Of a stretch of DNA of 64,000 bases, positions 61,251-64,000 are shown piece by piece. The first letter of the stretch is position 1, and every line of letters begins with the position of its first letter. Below the pieces are notes generated by a model. That model worked only from the letters and a program-made list of their open reading frames with translations, did no database searches and was not told where the DNA came from. Origin of the DNA: a virus; IMG/VR virus record IMGVR_UViG_3300045988_131721, positions 64,001 through 128,000 of that record; one strand, given 5' to 3'. Made by a program: the position numbers and the translations under genes.

Positions 61251-62102
61251 CTACTCATTTATATATAAAAATCCTTCACCTTGAAGTTTTGAACTTATAC
61301 CTAAGTCTTTAGTATGCTTAATAAGTCTTGCATATAATTCTTCTTCTGAAGGAATTCTACCATATTTATTTATAAATTTTTCTCTTAACAATAATGCTGT
61401 TCCTGCAACTATAGGGCAAGCCATTGAAGTTCCACTACTTTTGCACCATTTATTGTTAAAATATACTGAAACAATATCAGTTCCAACAGCCACCAAATCT
61501 ACCCATTTATTTGAATTACTATATTTTGCAATAGATAAATCTTGATTTACTGCACCAACGTTTACACATTCTTGATAACTAGCAGGATATCCATATTCAT
61601 CTGTATCTGCATTTCCATCACCGTCATTACCTGCTGAAGTAACAACAAGAATACCACGTTTATTAGCTTCTTTTACTAATTCATGTAATTCTTCATCACT
61701 TTTGGTACTTCCTAAACTCATAGATATAACATGAACATTTTGTTCTAAGGCATATTTAAAAGCATTTATAATACCTTCTATACTACCTTTACCTTTAGAG
61801 TTTAACGCTTTAGCAACTACTACTTCACACTCTGGTGCTACTTGTATTATCTCACCTATACAAAAACTACCATGATTATTTTTATCAGTGTAATCTTCTG
61901 AAGTTCCTTCATTTGTAAAATTTTTACCTGCTACAATATTATTAACTATAAATGAATGAAGATGTGAACCTGTATCAATAATACAAATTCTTTGTCCTTT
62001 TCCTTTATATCCTTGTTCATGTAAAATTTGTATATTAGAAAGTTGTATTCCTTTACACATATAATTACTATAAGGATTTGTTGATAAAATATTATAATCC
62101 AT
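61251..62102 (-). CDS. subtilisin-like serine protease (S8 family), no signal peptide or prodomain
   Basis: 283 aa. Catalytic triad contexts: ICIIDTGSH (Asp), NNHGSFCIG (His), SGTSMACPIVAG (Ser). Confidence 0.85.
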   Translation of the reverse strand: MDYNILSTNPYSNYMCKGIQLSNIQILHEQGYKGKGQRICIIDTGSHLHSFIVNNIVAGKNFTNEGTSEDYTDKNNHGSFCIGEIIQVAPECEVVVAKALNSKGKGSIEGIINAFKYALEQNVHVISMSLGSTKSDEELHELVKEANKRGILVVTSAGNDGDGNADTDEYGYPASYQECVNVGAVNQDLSIAKYSNSNKWVDLVAVGTDIVSVYFNNKWCKSSGTSMACPIVAGTALLLREKFINKYGRIPSEEELYARLIKHTKDLGISSKLQGEGFLYINE

Positions 62103-62110
62103 TATATCAC

Positions 62111-63103
62111 CTATCCTAAATTTAATTCTTTTATTAATATTCCTTCTATATTATCCATGTCATAATACCAAATTTCTAATAAATTAATATTATGTTCTTT
62201 AGCATAATTTCTTTTTCTTTTATCATGCTCTAATTGTCTTTCAAAATCCTTCTTTGACATCCAGGTCTTTTGCCATGATTTATGTTGTTCTCCTTGACAT
62301 TCTATTAATAAATTATAATCTGGTAAATAAAAATCGTATGATAAATTGCCATTTCCTAATCCTAACAATCCCTCATATTTTACTTGTGTCTTATAATTAA
62401 TATTATATTTTTCTAATATATTTTTAGTTTTTGTTTCTAATTGTGAAGAATTACAATTTATGCAAATAACACCTGTATCAGCTCGATTTAAAACTTTTAA
62501 TTCCCTCTCAAATTCACTTCCACATTCTTGACATATAAATTTATATTTTTTATGACTCTTAGGAGTGACTTCATAAGAAGATTTATCATTATTAGGAGAC
62601 CAATACTTCGCTTTATCGGGATATAAAGTACCAAAACTATCTAAAGGATGTACTTTACCTCGTCTAGTGCTACAATACGGACATCTATCACCTCTCGAAA
62701 ACTGATGTCCCGTAGTTTTATAACTCCCATGTTGATTATTTTTGACACACTTTATATAAACTATTTTTTTAGCACCCTTATAAATCAGATAAGGATTTAA
62801 TTCATTCTTTTTCCAATCCCAGTATTTATTTAAAGGTTCTTTTAATTCTTGTTGAATATAATAGGCAAAACTATTTTCATAAGCATTACAGCAATTGGTA
62901 CATTTATCTTTTCTATTTATAAAACTATATTTAACGACGTCATATTCCTCATCACAATAAGGACATTTAACTCTAATATAAGTAGCATTATGTTTTTCAT
63001 TCTTCATATCCATAGTTGTTTCATTTTTATGATAACTTCCTATATAAACATATCCGTCTCCACGATTTTCAACTCTTTCTTTGTGCTTTTCATTAAAATA
63101 CAT
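62111..63103 (-). CDS. zinc-ribbon repeat protein with a C-terminal PD-(D/E)XK (Vsr/DUF559-like) nuclease fold; homing-endonuclease-like
   Basis: 330 aa. Three CxxC...CxxC units (CPYCDEEY...CTNCC, CPYCS, CQECG...CINC). The C-terminus SYDFYLPDYNLLIECQGEQH is typical of the D...E.Q/K nuclease core. Confidence 0.6.
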   Translation of the reverse strand: MYFNEKHKERVENRGDGYVYIGSYHKNETTMDMKNEKHNATYIRVKCPYCDEEYDVVKYSFINRKDKCTNCCNAYENSFAYYIQQELKEPLNKYWDWKKNELNPYLIYKGAKKIVYIKCVKNNQHGSYKTTGHQFSRGDRCPYCSTRRGKVHPLDSFGTLYPDKAKYWSPNNDKSSYEVTPKSHKKYKFICQECGSEFERELKVLNRADTGVICINCNSSQLETKTKNILEKYNINYKTQVKYEGLLGLGNGNLSYDFYLPDYNLLIECQGEQHKSWQKTWMSKKDFERQLEHDKRKRNYAKEHNINLLEIWYYDMDNIEGILIKELNLG

Positions 63104-63129
63104 ATATATTCCTCCTAATATTTTATTAA

Positions 63130-63306
63130 TTATTTTTTATTCCACTTATTTAATGCTAAATCTAAATCTTTATCTCTCATAAATACCCAAAATGTTTTAT
63201 GATTATTGGGATTTAATCCACAAACATAATATTTAAGTCCTTCATTTATTAAAAAATTTTTTTGCTTAGCATCATAACATATATATAATGGATTTTTATA
63301 TTTCAT
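63130..63306 (-). CDS. hypothetical small protein (58 aa)
   Basis: MKYKNPLYICYDAKQKNFLINEGLKYYVCGLNPNNHKTFWVFMRDKDLDLALNKWNKK. GGAGG SD. Below the track cut-off. Confidence 0.5.
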   Translation of the reverse strand: MKYKNPLYICYDAKQKNFLINEGLKYYVCGLNPNNHKTFWVFMRDKDLDLALNKWNKK

Positions 63307-63323
63307 ATTTAATCCTCCTTAAA

Positions 63324-64000
63324 TTAATAATCTCCAGCATTACTACTCTCTGGCATTCTATTCGGGTCACCAGACTCCTCTGATGCACTCGGTCTTCCAC
63401 CAGTATCTCCAATTTCAGAACCATTCATAGTATGCGAGTTGGCTAATGGAGTCATCAAACTATTAAAATCTAATATACTTTCTATTTGAAGTATATTTAA
63501 CGCTTCTAATGGTGAATATCCACATAATCCTAAATATTCCAATTTGCTTGCCCATGTAGTTAATCTATTGCAACTAGATTGGATTCTTTCCTCTTTATTA
63601 AATTTGGTTGTATCACAAAAACACAATTGAAAGTTCTTTAATGATGAATTTTTACTAAAAGCATAATTTAACCATATTTTAATTCTATCTAATAGATTTA
63701 ATGGCATTAAACTATCTACAATTGTTCCATAGATTACAGATTGAGTACTACTTCTATTGTCTCCATTAAATAAATTACTATCTATACCAGCTGTATCGTA
63801 TACATTTTTAGTTAAATTGTTTATTTCCTCATAATCAGAAACTTTATTGGTTTGTAATGAAACGGAATCTATTGGATAAGGTGAACTTACAACACCTATA
63901 CCATCTCTGACATTTTTAACTAATGCTCTATGATAAAACGTTGCCGTTTCTGGTTCTATACTTAAATCACCATCATCATCCGTAGGTAATAATTGATGAA
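63324..64000 (-). CDS. portal protein, C-terminal part (ORF open to the right edge of the window)
   Basis: I walked the frame codon by codon from 63708 to 64000 and found no stop, so the 127-aa track ORF is only the tail of a longer ORF. The portal call rests on position upstream of the scaffold/capsid genes. Confidence 0.5.
   Translation of the reverse strand, partial: HQLLPTDDDGDLSIEPETATFYHRALVKNVRDGIGVVSSPYPIDSVSLQTNKVSDYEEINNLTKNVYDTAGIDSNLFNGDNRSSTQSVIYGTIVDSLMPLNLLDRIKIWLNYAFSKNSSLKNFQLCFCDTTKFNKEERIQSSCNRLTTWASKLEYLGLCGYSPLEALNILQIESILDFNSLMTPLANSHTMNGSEIGDTGGRPSASEESGDPNRMPESSNAGDY

Noticed and set aside
1-64000. tRNA, rRNA, tmRNA, integrase/att sites and a lysogeny module.
   Set aside because: I recognised none by eye in the intergenic regions or ORF translations. 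A tRNAscan or Infernal run would be needed to exclude small RNAs formally.

Overview
This is a very AT-rich, gene-dense tailed-phage genome segment, probably a siphovirus because it has a 2381-aa tape measure and no sheath gene. The class III anaerobic RNR, a BhlA/UviB-type holin and the base composition suggest an anaerobic low-GC Firmicute host such as Clostridium; this is inference. No integrase, repressor, tRNA, rRNA or CRISPR array was seen. There are two convergent arms. Bases 1-20 kb (+ strand) hold replication and nucleotide-metabolism genes: family-B DNA polymerase, ThyX, an interrupted beta-class DNA methyltransferase, a ParB/DGQHR-like protein, NrdD/NrdG, RecU and dUTPase. Five paralogous homing-endonuclease-like genes are scattered among them, and a 7-copy bipartite promoter-like element punctuates the arm. 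Bases 20-64 kb (- strand) hold the lysis cassette, a first receptor-binding/baseplate cluster, Tal/Dit/tape measure, and a second 8.5-kb tail-spike island placed unusually between the major tail protein and the chaperone/tape-measure genes. The head module follows (capsid, scaffold, a subtilisin-like protease, a PD-(D/E)XK zinc-ribbon gene, partial portal). The most interesting signal is a conserved 24-nt quasi-palindrome. It lies inside four fibre/spike genes at the anchor/body junction and recurs in non-coding DNA directly after the stop codon of the cassettes, always in the same orientation, which looks like a cassette-exchange architecture for receptor-binding modules. Other notable points:
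- a methyltransferase broken at a CCC-TAG site inside a hairpin
- a self-contained ParB/DGQHR-like moron whose SD can be sequestered only in read-through transcripts
- a conserved AAATAATTAATAAA gene-boundary linker
- start-stop mini-ORFs in promoter leaders
- iteron-like repeats
- an S8 subtilase in the head module.
All functional calls rest on motifs read by eye from the supplied translations; no database search was run.
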